Notes under the pieces: generated by a model
What the model was told of the DNA's origin: nothing
The model's input: the letters and a program-made list of their open reading frames with translations, nothing else
Database searches by the model: none
Shown: positions 49,156-58,989 of the stretch, piece after piece
Layout: the number at the start of each line of letters is the position of its first letter
Numbering within the stretch: position 1 is the stretch's first letter
Origin: Candidatus Bathyarchaeota archaeon
Lineage (GTDB): Archaea; Thermoproteota; Bathyarchaeia; Bathyarchaeales; Bathycorpusculaceae
Reading direction: 5' to 3'
Assembly: GCA_963811105.1 (NCBI GenBank)
Contig: CAWEPZ010000002.1
Coordinates: 320,001-384,000, forward strand
Length of the DNA: 64,000 bases
Position numbers and translations under genes: made by a program

Positions 49156-50022
49156 ATGCCGTCCCAACAAGTATTAGAGGAAAAATCAAGCGAAGTAGAA
49201 GCAATAAAAGACATATTAAAAGAACACAAATCCATTGGCATCGCTAGCCTGAAAAAGGTTCGCGCTTCCCAACTTCAAGAACTCAAGAAAAGCATGGCTG
49301 GCAAAGTTTACCTCAGAGTGCTAAAGAATACGCTTATGAAAATAGCAATTGAAGAGATGAATCAAAAAGACCTAAAGAAGCTTGAAGTTTATTTGGACGG
49401 ATCAAACGTTTACTTGTTCACAGATCTAAACCCCTTCAAACTGGCATTACTATTAGAGAGGGGTAAAGTAAAAACAACTGCGAAATCAGGTGACATCGCA
49501 GCTATGGACGTGGTTGTTCCTTCAGGAAACACAGCACAACCTCCAGGTCCATTCATCAGCCAACTGAACGCTGTAGGTTTACCAACAAGAATTGAATCTG
49601 GCAGCGTTTGGGTTAGCAAAGACACATTGGTCGTTCGCAGGGGCGAAGTTATCAATGAACGCCTTGCAGGTGTTCTCTCAAAACTCGGCATAAAAGCAGT
49701 TGAATTGGGAATTTCAATGAGGGCAGTTTTCGACAACGGTTTAATGATTACTGGCGACCAGCTTGTAGTTGATATTGCTGCAACAAAAAGAAGCGTTGAA
49801 CAAAGCAACCAAGAAGCCTTCGCACTTGCCATGGGCATATCTTATCCAACTGCAGAAACAATCAAACCACTAATACAGAATGCACACCAAAAAGCTCTTG
49901 CATTAGCAGTCAGCGCAGCAATCCCAACGAAAGAAACAATCGGCGCCCTAATTCGCAAAGCAAACATGGAAATGTCAAGTTTAAGCGGTGCAGTTGGAAA
50001 AGTGGAACCAAAGGCAGCATAA
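49156..50022 (+). CDS. rpl10: 50S ribosomal protein uL10 (P0)
   Basis: KNTLMKIA, NPFKL, AKSGDIA..DVVVP.G.T..PPGP and LSKLGI motifs. Confidence 0.96.
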   Translation: MPSQQVLEEKSSEVEAIKDILKEHKSIGIASLKKVRASQLQELKKSMAGKVYLRVLKNTLMKIAIEEMNQKDLKKLEVYLDGSNVYLFTDLNPFKLALLLERGKVKTTAKSGDIAAMDVVVPSGNTAQPPGPFISQLNAVGLPTRIESGSVWVSKDTLVVRRGEVINERLAGVLSKLGIKAVELGISMRAVFDNGLMITGDQLVVDIAATKRSVEQSNQEAFALAMGISYPTAETIKPLIQNAHQKALALAVSAAIPTKETIGALIRKANMEMSSLSGAVGKVEPKAA

Positions 50023-50176
50023 ACTTTCAGTCTTTCTGATTTCATTTTCTGATGCCAATAGATAAATTCCATATTGGCTAAAGGATAAAACAAATTCTGC
50101 TTAGTTTTCTGTTTTGTTTTGATAAGGCTTAATAGTTTCTTACGTCGTGTAGATTTAAATTAATAAGTGACTTGGC

Positions 50177-51460
50177 ATGGTTGATGTTTGGCTTCCTTAC
50201 GGAAAAACCGACGTATGCGTTCGTGTTCCAGCCCGAAACCTCCTAGGAACAATCGAACCAGTACCGCGCCAAGGGGTATCAGACGCTAAAGCAGAGATTG
50301 AGAGAGCGTTGAAAGAACCCATAGGTTCAAAACGTTTGAGTGAAATTGCCAAACCAGAAAGCAAAGTTGCAATCGTGGTGGATGATGCAACCCGTAAAGC
50401 GCCAAGTGAAGTGATGCTTCTGCCTGTGTTAGCTGAATTGAATTTCGCAGGCGTAAAGGACGAAAATGTTACGGTTATTTTTGGATGCGGAACGCATCGG
50501 GCGGTGAAGCCTGAAGAAGCCGCAGTGCTTATTGGTTTGGAAGCGTGTAAAAGGGTTAAGACCGTCAGCCACGATTGTCGAGCACAAGATTTAGTGAATA
50601 TCGGCACGACTAAGATCCACGGCAATAAAGTGTTTCTAAACCGCTTGTTCGCTGAGGCTGATGTGCGGGTACTTTTGGGCGATGTAGGTTTTCATTATTA
50701 TGCTGGTTACGGCGGCGGAAGAAAAAGTGTTTTGCCCGCCGTTTGTGGCGAAGAAACTATAAAACACAACCATGCAATGCTACTTCACGCTAACGCCAGG
50801 TCAGGAAACTTGGATGATAACCCTGTGCATCAAGACATGATTGAAGCAGGAAGACTAGCCAAAGTTGACTTTATCGTAGATGTTGTTGAAAACAAAAAAG
50901 GTGAAATTGTCAAAGCATTTGCCGGCGACTTGGAACAGGCTTTTTTGGAAGCTGTGAAACTGGTTGATGAAATGTATCGAATTACAGTGGACCGCCGGGC
51001 TGACATTATTGTTGTAAGTGCGGGAGGGCATCCTGCAGATATGAACCTTTACCAAGCCTACAAAGCGCTTGATAATGCGTTGGATGCGGTTAAGCGTGGA
51101 GGAGTCATAATTCTTGTTGCTGAGTGCCCGGAAGGGCATGGCAACCAAGTGTTCTATGATTGGATGACGAGGTTGGGTGACTTGAAGAATGTGGAGCGGG
51201 AAATCAAACGCAACTTTATCATGGGCGGCCACAAAGCATATTACCTCTTAAGAGCCCTGCAGAACCATCAAATCATCCTAGTCTCTTCTTTGCCTGATTA
51301 TTATGCAACAAGCATATTCAAGTTGAGAACTGCGCGAGCCGTCAACGACGCACTAGCAGAAGCGTTAAAGATTGCAGGTTCAGCTTCAAGGGTATGGGCA
51401 ATGCCTCAGGGAAGCTCCACGTTGCCTATTTTCAAGACACCCGAAGAATCAAAAAATTAG
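50177..51460 (+). CDS. larA: Nickel-pincer-dependent lactate racemase family protein
   Basis: LPYG, DDATR, GTHR, HYYAGYGGGRKSVLP and GGHPADMNLYQAYKA motifs. Confidence 0.9.
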   Translation: MVDVWLPYGKTDVCVRVPARNLLGTIEPVPRQGVSDAKAEIERALKEPIGSKRLSEIAKPESKVAIVVDDATRKAPSEVMLLPVLAELNFAGVKDENVTVIFGCGTHRAVKPEEAAVLIGLEACKRVKTVSHDCRAQDLVNIGTTKIHGNKVFLNRLFAEADVRVLLGDVGFHYYAGYGGGRKSVLPAVCGEETIKHNHAMLLHANARSGNLDDNPVHQDMIEAGRLAKVDFIVDVVENKKGEIVKAFAGDLEQAFLEAVKLVDEMYRITVDRRADIIVVSAGGHPADMNLYQAYKALDNALDAVKRGGVIILVAECPEGHGNQVFYDWMTRLGDLKNVEREIKRNFIMGGHKAYYLLRALQNHQIILVSSLPDYYATSIFKLRTARAVNDALAEALKIAGSASRVWAMPQGSSTLPIFKTPEESKN

Positions 51461-51552
51461 AATCTCCAAATTGTTGCGGACATTAATTGATTATTTCAAT
51501 AAACGCAACATTTAAGTTTAAACGGTGAAATGTGTTTTAAGAAGGCGAAAGA

Positions 51553-52029
51553 ATGCAACAAACATTCAAGCTTCGCAAATTCCAGCCTGATGACTTACAA
51601 GGGGTAATGCAAATTAACCGAGTATGCTTACCTGAAAATTATACCGATTTTTTCTTTATGGATTTGCATCAAAGATACCCGGAAACTTTCATTATAGCTG
51701 AAGAAAACGGTGAAATAGCCGGCTATATCATGTGTCGCGTTGAAGTAGGCTTGTCAAATTATGGTTTTGGCGGTTTAATTAGAAAAGGACATGTTGTATC
51801 AATAGCTGTTATGCCTCAGCACAGGCGAAAAGGTGTCGCTCAAGCATTAATTAATAAGGCCTCGGAAGGAATGCAGTATTACAAAGCTAAGCAATGTTTT
51901 CTAGAAGTCAGGGTGACTAATGATGCTGGTATTTCGCTCTATAAGAAGCTGATCTTTGAAGTAACCAGAACCATAAACGGGTATTATTCTGATGGCGAAG
52001 ACGCCTACGTTATGACAAAACGTCTTTAG
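51553..52029 (+). CDS. ard1: Archaeal N-terminal acetyltransferase (Ard1/RimI-like GNAT)
   Basis: CLPENY, GHVVSIAV...RRKG, LEVRVTN and YYSDGEDAY motifs. Confidence 0.92.
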   Translation: MQQTFKLRKFQPDDLQGVMQINRVCLPENYTDFFFMDLHQRYPETFIIAEENGEIAGYIMCRVEVGLSNYGFGGLIRKGHVVSIAVMPQHRRKGVAQALINKASEGMQYYKAKQCFLEVRVTNDAGISLYKKLIFEVTRTINGYYSDGEDAYVMTKRL

Positions 52030-52195
52030 GCTGAGCTAATTCTTCTTAATGCAAAAGCAGATCGTCAAGTTTACTTAAACAATCATTCTCTGACAAGCGA
52101 TAACGTACTCCCGCGAGCTTGCTGCCTGTAGTTAACATCGGAACAATTATAAGCCAACTTCCATGAAGCTGATTTAATAAAGGGGAGCAAAAGAA

Positions 52196-52651
52196 ATGGC
52201 AAAAACAGCATTAATAGGGCGCAAGAAGAGAATCGCGTTTATTGCTCATGACAATAAAAAAGAGGACATGTTGGAATGGGCAAAATATAACCTTGGCACC
52301 CTGAAACAGCATGAATTGTACGCTACAGGAACCACTGGCAGGCTAATCGAAAACGAGTTATGTTTGAAAATCAAGATTCTAGAGAGCGGACCATTAGGCG
52401 GCGACCAACAAATTGGAGCACGTATAGCAGATGGAGAAATAGACTTCTTAATTTTCTTCTGGGATCCACTAGCACCTTTGCCTCATGACCCGGATGTAAA
52501 AGCACTTTTGCGAATAGCTGCATTGTGGAATATTCCTATAGCATGTAACAGGGCTTCAGCTGACTTCATTATTTCTTCACCGTTAATGTGCCAAGACTAC
52601 CAGCGCATTTTACCCGATTACAGTAGTTACCGTGAACGATCCAAACAATGA
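52196..52651 (+). CDS. mgsA: Methylglyoxal synthase
   Basis: IAHDNKK, ATGTTG, SGPLGGDQQIG and FWDPL..PHDPDVKALLR motifs. Confidence 0.95.
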   Translation: MAKTALIGRKKRIAFIAHDNKKEDMLEWAKYNLGTLKQHELYATGTTGRLIENELCLKIKILESGPLGGDQQIGARIADGEIDFLIFFWDPLAPLPHDPDVKALLRIAALWNIPIACNRASADFIISSPLMCQDYQRILPDYSSYRERSKQ

Positions 52652-52816
52652 AAAGTTCGTTTGTTTTTTTAATAGATAATCCAAGTGCGTTAACAAAGTA
52701 GCTTATTGAGAGTGAGAAAGGCGATTTTTATTTTTGAGCCAGCGAAGGCAAGTTGGGAAAGAACGCAACTTCTTTAATATCCTGAATATACTAGTTATTT
52801 TTTGAGGAATCAAGTT

Positions 52817-53506
52817 ATGTCAATTCAGAAAATACCCGAAAAAAACGCTATTCTTTTCGTTTGGTTCAACCAATACGCTGGAATACTTCTAAAGACCCCC
52901 AGTAAAACTCTTGCAATTGACCCAGTAGATGTCAAAGCTAGAAGCCTTCAAAAGGTAGATGCGATCCTCATAACACACGAACACTACGACCATTTGGACC
53001 CCCGATTAATCGCTGAAATCCAAAAAGCTACAGACTGCAGAATAATCGCTGATTCTGCGTCAACCAGAAAACTCCAATATACTATACCTGCTGACAAACT
53101 TCAACAAACTAAACAGGGCGATGAAATCAAAATCGGCGAGGTCTCAATTAAAACTGAGAAATGTAATCACACCGCTCAATCACCCGTAACTTATATCATA
53201 ACAAGCGAAGATGGCGTGAAAGTGTATCACACTGCAGACAGCTTGCCATTTCCAGAACTAGCACTTATGGGTCAAAAAGAAAGATTTGACGTTGTTTTTT
53301 GCACCGTTGGCATAGCACCAGGATCCTCCCCACAAACAGGATTTGAAATCGCTCGATTAACTAAACCTCAAGTTGCAGTGCCTTACCACACGGCGTCGGC
53401 GGTTAGCCAAACAGAGTTTGCGGAGTTGTTGAAGAAGGAGTTGCCCAGAACTGCATGCTTGATTCCTGAGCAAAACAAGATCTATCAAGTATCAAAAAGG
53501 AAGTGA
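52817..53506 (+). CDS. MBL-fold metallo-hydrolase
   Basis: IDP, THEHYDH, YHTADS and PYH motifs. Confidence 0.85.
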   Translation: MSIQKIPEKNAILFVWFNQYAGILLKTPSKTLAIDPVDVKARSLQKVDAILITHEHYDHLDPRLIAEIQKATDCRIIADSASTRKLQYTIPADKLQQTKQGDEIKIGEVSIKTEKCNHTAQSPVTYIITSEDGVKVYHTADSLPFPELALMGQKERFDVVFCTVGIAPGSSPQTGFEIARLTKPQVAVPYHTASAVSQTEFAELLKKELPRTACLIPEQNKIYQVSKRK

Positions 53507-54141
53507 AAAGCTTGAAAGTGGAAAAAGTGAGTCAAGAAAAGAAAGATAAAATGGCAAACATACTATTCAAAATTGACGCAATAAAATTCGGAGTGTTCAA
53601 ACTATCCAGTGGAAAAGCCAGCCCTTACTACATCGACCTAAGAGTGATCCCCAGTTTTCCAGATGCATTCAGGGAAATCTGCGACTTCTATGCTGAATAC
53701 ATAAACTCTCAAATCGGCGCAAAAAACTTTGACCGAATCGTAGGAGTACCAGTGACAGGAATTATTTTTGCATCTCAGGTGTCATACAACCTTAGAAAAC
53801 CATTCATTTATGTTCGCAAAGGTATCCGACTACATGGAAGAGAAAGAAGAGTAGAAGGATGCTTATCATCAGGAGACAAAGTCCTATTAATTGATGATTT
53901 AGTCACCACTGGCTTAACGCTTACAAAAACCGCGGAAGCAGTCAGAGCTGAAGGCGGAGTTGTGACAGATGCAATAGTTTTTCTGGACAGAGAAGAAGGC
54001 GGAAAAAAGAAGCTTGAGAAGAGCGGCATAAAACTTCAAGCAATGCTAAAGATAAGTGAGATAGCTAAAACACTATATGACAATGGCGCGATAGACGAAG
54101 AAAGTGTAAAAACAATCTTGAAACAAGTCAAAAAAGAATAG
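53503..54141 (+). CDS. pyrE: Orotate phosphoribosyltransferase
   Basis: FKLSSGKASPYYIDLR and LIDDLVTTG motifs. Confidence 0.94.
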   Translation: MKSLKVEKVSQEKKDKMANILFKIDAIKFGVFKLSSGKASPYYIDLRVIPSFPDAFREICDFYAEYINSQIGAKNFDRIVGVPVTGIIFASQVSYNLRKPFIYVRKGIRLHGRERRVEGCLSSGDKVLLIDDLVTTGLTLTKTAEAVRAEGGVVTDAIVFLDREEGGKKKLEKSGIKLQAMLKISEIAKTLYDNGAIDEESVKTILKQVKKE

Positions 54142-54147
54142 TTTCGT

Positions 54148-54708
54148 TTATTCATAGAATATCAGAGTAGTCTCTTCAAGTAGCGTATGCAATTTTTCTA
54201 CAGCCACAAAAACATCTTCTTCTTTCTTGGCTCCAGTACAAACAAGCTTTCCACTTGCAAAAAGTAGGACCACAACCTTTGGCTCTTGCATCCTGTATAT
54301 TAAGCCTGGAAATTGTTCAGGTTCATACATTGCATGGCCAAGCGAATAAGCCGCTTTTTCTAAGTCAATCATGCCCCCAAGTCCACCGGAGGCAACGATA
54401 TTTTGAATTTTGAGTTCTGGTTTGCTGATAATTATTATGCCGCCTTTCTTAAGTTCTTTAACAACTTTCATGACAGCTCGGCGAGCTTCTTTTTCTGATT
54501 TGGCGCCAGTGCAAACCATCTTTCCTGAACTAAAAATTAATGTTGCTGTTTTTGGACGTTTTAGTCTAAAAACTAATCCTGGAAACTGTTCAGGACGGTA
54601 TTCTACTCCCGGATAACCTTTTACAACTGCATTCAAATCAACTTTCTGGTTCAGCGTTGCAGAAGCGACCACGTTCTCGATGCTTATTGTAGCTTTGACT
54701 TTTGGCAA
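54148..54708 (-). CDS. tbp: TATA-box-binding protein
   Basis: Two repeats of NVVAS...Y.PEQFPGL..R...LIF.SGK.VCTGAK. Confidence 0.98.
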   Translation of the reverse strand: MPKVKATISIENVVASATLNQKVDLNAVVKGYPGVEYRPEQFPGLVFRLKRPKTATLIFSSGKMVCTGAKSEKEARRAVMKVVKELKKGGIIIISKPELKIQNIVASGGLGGMIDLEKAAYSLGHAMYEPEQFPGLIYRMQEPKVVVLLFASGKLVCTGAKKEEDVFVAVEKLHTLLEETTLIFYE

Positions 54709-54781
54709 TCAATTCCCCTCTTTCTTTAACCGCCCTTAAATATCCCTTTATCAAAGGCAGACTTTATAAATACATCTGTGG

Positions 54782-55456
54782 CTACGATTTTGCATTTTCT
54801 TGTTGTGCAGTTTTCTTCTTCTCCCTGATTGCAGGAATAATAAATTCAACGACAACAAGTAGTAGAATAAGCGCAATAATTAATGGTAATCCCAAAGAAC
54901 TTTTCTGCATAACAAGTGCTACCCAACCAAACCAAGGAATCCGAATTATCACTTTTCCGACAACCAAGTTTTGTGAAACTCCCGCTGGATTATTATAGTC
55001 CCATGGGTCCTTGCCTCCCGTTGGAGTTTCTGGCCATGGGTTTCCATTGCCATCCCCTTTAGTCTGATAATATATGGTGCCATTGATGTTGGTCGCTGCA
55101 ATTATACGGTGTATTATAGGCGTGCCGCCAGGATCATTTGGGTCATAAAAAACAATTATATCACTGTTCGGATAGTCCGTTTTTAGGTCTTTAGGGTTCA
55201 CGCCTTGAATAACTACTATATCCCCGGTGTGCAAGGTATGAGCAAACGGATGAGTTAAGCTATTCCAGCCGACACAACCTTCAACACCATAAGAAACGCA
55301 CATGCTACCGCTTTCCACAACAACTACAGGGCCATAAGACACGTTAAGCGCTATTTTCAAACCAAAAAATAAGCCAAGAACTATGGCAACAACCAAGATT
55401 ATTGCAGCTATCGTTTTGAAATAGTCGTTTTCCCATAGTCGTTTTAGCCTAATCAA
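54782..55456 (-). CDS. Signal peptidase I (Sec11/S26B type)
   Basis: VVESGSM, GD, PIIHR and TKGDGN motifs; flanking TM segments. Confidence 0.92.
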   Translation of the reverse strand: MIRLKRLWENDYFKTIAAIILVVAIVLGLFFGLKIALNVSYGPVVVVESGSMCVSYGVEGCVGWNSLTHPFAHTLHTGDIVVIQGVNPKDLKTDYPNSDIIVFYDPNDPGGTPIIHRIIAATNINGTIYYQTKGDGNGNPWPETPTGGKDPWDYNNPAGVSQNLVVGKVIIRIPWFGWVALVMQKSSLGLPLIIALILLLVVVEFIIPAIREKKKTAQQENAKS

Positions 55457-55586
55457 ACTTTAGCCGCTCTGGTGAAGTGTTTCCTTCTCATTAAGAGTTC
55501 CGGTGTTTTAAAACTTACCCTTTCTTATCAAAAGAAAAAATAAAAAGAGATGGAGATAGTCTACTAGTTAAATTCTGGTTGTGCGC

Positions 55587-55757
55587 TTAAATTTTCTTTT
55601 TACTTAATACTTCGCGGAATACATTACCGCATTTAGGGCATTCGTAGAGTCCTATTTCCAGTTGTATACGCTTTCCAGTTTTGTCTGGACGACCTGCCAT
55701 TTTCCATGACTTCTTCGGTTTTGCAACTTCGGTTCCGCATTTTGGATATTTTGCCAT
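55587..55757 (-). CDS. Cren7-like small chromatin protein (56 aa, zinc-ribbon variant)
   Basis: Below the ORF-track cut-off. Manual translation: MAKYPKCGTEVAKPKKSWKMAGRPDKTGKRIQLEIGLYECPKCGNVFREVLSKKKI; GGAGGA precedes the ATG; P.K.W...IGL....G..FR Cren7 pattern. Confidence 0.78.
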   Translation of the reverse strand: MAKYPKCGTEVAKPKKSWKMAGRPDKTGKRIQLEIGLYECPKCGNVFREVLSKKKI

Positions 55758-56076
55758 TCTTATTCCTCCATATTACCTTTTTCATGCTTTGCTTAATAGA
55801 ACAAAAAACTTTCCATAGTCTTCAAATAGATATTTTTCATTTTAACATGGTGGTTAAACACATTTTTGGGAATTTCAGAAAAATACCGTTAAAGGAAACG
55901 GTTGAAAATAGTCGAAAAAATCATGGACATTATTAAAAAACAACAATAATCAAACCAGCTAATGACATCAAAAGTTAAATGACATAAAGAACCTGCGGTT
56001 CAATTAAATCTGCCCTAACGTTTTTAATAGCAGAACTCTAGCTTAACATAGCATCAGATTAAAGGTCCGCTTTATA

Positions 56077-58947
56077 TTGGAAGCAACTTCTGAAAACGCT
56101 TTTGAAATGCTTGTGAAGCCAGTGCGAAGGCTTATAGAGAGGAAAGGCTTCTCAAAACCTACTGAACCTCAAGAAAAAACAATCCCAAAAATCCTAGACG
56201 GCAAAAGTGTTCTCTTAATTTCTCCCACAGCCACAGGGAAAACAGAAGCCGCTTTCCTGCCAGTGCTAAGCATGCTTCTTAAGGAACCCAAGACGCCAGG
56301 GATAAAAGTGCTCTATATTACACCGCTGCGTGCTCTAAACAGGGACTTGCTTGAGCGGCTTCAGTGGTGGTGCAACAGCCTGGACATACGTCTTGCTGTT
56401 AGGCACGGTGACACGGAAACAAAAGAAAGAACTCGCCAATCTCGCAGCCCTCCAGATATTCTAATAACTACTCCTGAAACATTGCAAGCTGTTCTTTCTG
56501 GCTGGATTTTGCGTCAGCATTTGCAAAGTTTACGGTGGGTAATAATTGATGAGGTACACGAGTTAGCCGACAGTAAACGCGGAAGCCAACTTTCTTTGGC
56601 GTTGGAACGAATCAGAAGTTTAATTGGTAAAGAATTCCAAATGATTGGTTTATCCGCCACTATTGGTAGCCCAGAAAAAGTTGCTCAGTTCCTGGTCGGC
56701 AACAATCGACCTGTGGAAATCGTCCGTGTTCCTGTGGCCAAAATGGTGAAGCTGCAGGTAATTTACCCTAAGCCAATTGAGGAAGACATGCGGTTAGCAG
56801 CCAAAATTTACACGCATCCTGAGGTAGCGGCTAGACTACGAATTATTCGCGATTACATGAGCAAGCGTAAATCCGTACTTTTATTCACAAACACTCGTTC
56901 CATCTCAGAAGTTTTGGCTTCTCGCTTTAAGGTTTGGGATATTGATTTTCCAATATCAATTCATCATGGCTCGCTAGCTAAGGTTTCACGGATAGCTGCG
57001 GAAACTGGATTAAAGCGTGGGGAACTTAAGGGCTTAATCGCTACAAGCAGTCTTGAATTAGGCATTGACGTTGGAGTTATAGACCTCGTTATTCAATATA
57101 TGAGTCCCCGACAGGTTACCCGGCTTATTCAGCGCGTTGGACGGGCAGGGCACACCTACGGAGATGTTGCTGAAGGAGTAGTAATCGGGATGGATTCCGA
57201 TGATACCCTTGAAGCCTTAGTTATCGCTCGCCGAGCTCTTAATGAAGAGTTAGAGCGCCTTCAAATTCCAGACAAACCCTATGATGTTTTAGTTCATCAA
57301 ATTGCTGGGTTAATGCTGAAAAACAGGCGGTTAGAATTTAGCGGTGTTCTAGACTTGGCTCGCAAAGCTGCTCCCTTTGAGAACTTAACATTGGAAGATG
57401 TCTCAAAAGCTTTCAAATATATGCATGAGCGTTTTCCACGTTTAGCCTGGGTATCTTTTGAAGACCAAGTTGCTCTAAAGCCTCAGCGATCTAAGGCCCT
57501 TTTTGAATACTATTTTGATAATTTGTCAATGATTCCTGAGGAAAAACAGTTCCTTGTAATAGACGAGTCAACTGACACTTCTATCGGCGTTTTAGATGAA
57601 GCCTTCATGGCGGAATATGGCAAACCAGGAACCAAATTTATCATAAGAGGTAGCCCATGGCAAATAATCCATGCCTCAGAAGACAAAGTGTACGTTCGCC
57701 CAGTTGACGACCCTACAGGGTCAATTCCTAGCTGGATAGGCGAAGAAATCCCAGTGCCATACGAGATAGCGCAGGAACTAGCAGAAATACGTGGTTTTGT
57801 TGAAGAAAAAATTCGTTATGGGCTTTCACCTCAAGAAGTGAGTGCTTTGCTTTCAAAGCGTTACCCAGCTGATGAAGAGACGATCTTGCATGCGTTAGCG
57901 GAGACAATTGAGCAAGTTGACATTGGTTTTAAAGTTCCTACAAGTAAGCTTATTGTGGTTGAGGATTGGGGCGAATTCATTATTATTCACTCAAATTTTG
58001 GTTCACTAATTAATCGTGCCTTAGCCCAGTTGCTCGGAGAAGTGTTGTCTGATAAGCTTGGACGTGGCATTGTGGTGCAACATGATCCCTACCGTATCTT
58101 TGTGCAGACCATGGGTACCATGAGCGCCGAAAGGCTGGTTGAAGTTTTCAACGAAATAAAAGAGATGAGCCCACAAGCGATTAAGGACACTCTGACTAGA
58201 TCAACGGTGAAGACTGGATTATTCAAGAGACGGGTAATTCAAGTTGCAAGACGTTTTGGTGCATTAAAGAAGTGGGCTGATTTTAGTAATGTAAGCATTC
58301 AAAAATTAATTAAGAGTTTTGAAGGCTCGCCGATTTATGAAGAAGGCTTAAAGGAAGTTTTCTCTAAAGACCTTGATGCTGAGGGGCTTGTTATGGTAAT
58401 TAGGCGGATTCATGATGGCCATGTAGGTCTGCAGGTGATTATTACTGGGGGTGACGTGACACCAATTGCTCGTGTGGGTATAGAGCGGGTAAGCATGAAA
58501 ACAGACCTTATTCCTCCTGAGAAGATGCGTGCAGTCCTTATTGCGGCTGCTAAGGCAAGATTGCTTAATGAAATGGGCAACTTTGTTTGCACTAACTGCT
58601 GGGATTACATGGAAACTATTCGAATCAAGGATTTGCCTGATAAACCTAAGTGCCCCAGATGTGGCTCTTTTTCTCTTGGTTTGTTGAAGGTAGAAGAGGA
58701 GAAGGCTTTGCCGTTGATTGAAAAGAAGGAACATTTGACAAAAGATGAGGAGAAGATGCAGTTACGCGCTAGGCAAACTGCTGAGTTGATTAGAAAATAC
58801 GGTAAAGTGGCTGCAGTGGCGTTGAGCGCCAGAAGAGTTCAAACGCAGGATATTGCTGGTGCGCTTGAAAAGGAGCCCAAGCCTTCGGACCGATTTTACG
58901 AATTGGTTATGGAAGCTGAACGTAAAGCTTTAAACACACGGTTCTGA
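56077..58947 (+). CDS. Lhr-like SF2 helicase with C-terminal zinc finger
   Basis: PTATGKT, TPLRALNRD, DEVH, SAT, HHGSL, SSLELGID and QRVGRAGH motifs; CxxC...CPRC. Confidence 0.92.
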   Translation: MEATSENAFEMLVKPVRRLIERKGFSKPTEPQEKTIPKILDGKSVLLISPTATGKTEAAFLPVLSMLLKEPKTPGIKVLYITPLRALNRDLLERLQWWCNSLDIRLAVRHGDTETKERTRQSRSPPDILITTPETLQAVLSGWILRQHLQSLRWVIIDEVHELADSKRGSQLSLALERIRSLIGKEFQMIGLSATIGSPEKVAQFLVGNNRPVEIVRVPVAKMVKLQVIYPKPIEEDMRLAAKIYTHPEVAARLRIIRDYMSKRKSVLLFTNTRSISEVLASRFKVWDIDFPISIHHGSLAKVSRIAAETGLKRGELKGLIATSSLELGIDVGVIDLVIQYMSPRQVTRLIQRVGRAGHTYGDVAEGVVIGMDSDDTLEALVIARRALNEELERLQIPDKPYDVLVHQIAGLMLKNRRLEFSGVLDLARKAAPFENLTLEDVSKAFKYMHERFPRLAWVSFEDQVALKPQRSKALFEYYFDNLSMIPEEKQFLVIDESTDTSIGVLDEAFMAEYGKPGTKFIIRGSPWQIIHASEDKVYVRPVDDPTGSIPSWIGEEIPVPYEIAQELAEIRGFVEEKIRYGLSPQEVSALLSKRYPADEETILHALAETIEQVDIGFKVPTSKLIVVEDWGEFIIIHSNFGSLINRALAQLLGEVLSDKLGRGIVVQHDPYRIFVQTMGTMSAERLVEVFNEIKEMSPQAIKDTLTRSTVKTGLFKRRVIQVARRFGALKKWADFSNVSIQKLIKSFEGSPIYEEGLKEVFSKDLDAEGLVMVIRRIHDGHVGLQVIITGGDVTPIARVGIERVSMKTDLIPPEKMRAVLIAAAKARLLNEMGNFVCTNCWDYMETIRIKDLPDKPKCPRCGSFSLGLLKVEEEKALPLIEKKEHLTKDEEKMQLRARQTAELIRKYGKVAAVALSARRVQTQDIAGALEKEPKPSDRFYELVMEAERKALNTRF

Positions 58948-58989
58948 AATTGCTTCATTCTTTGTTAAGGATCTTCTAATGTTTCTCTT

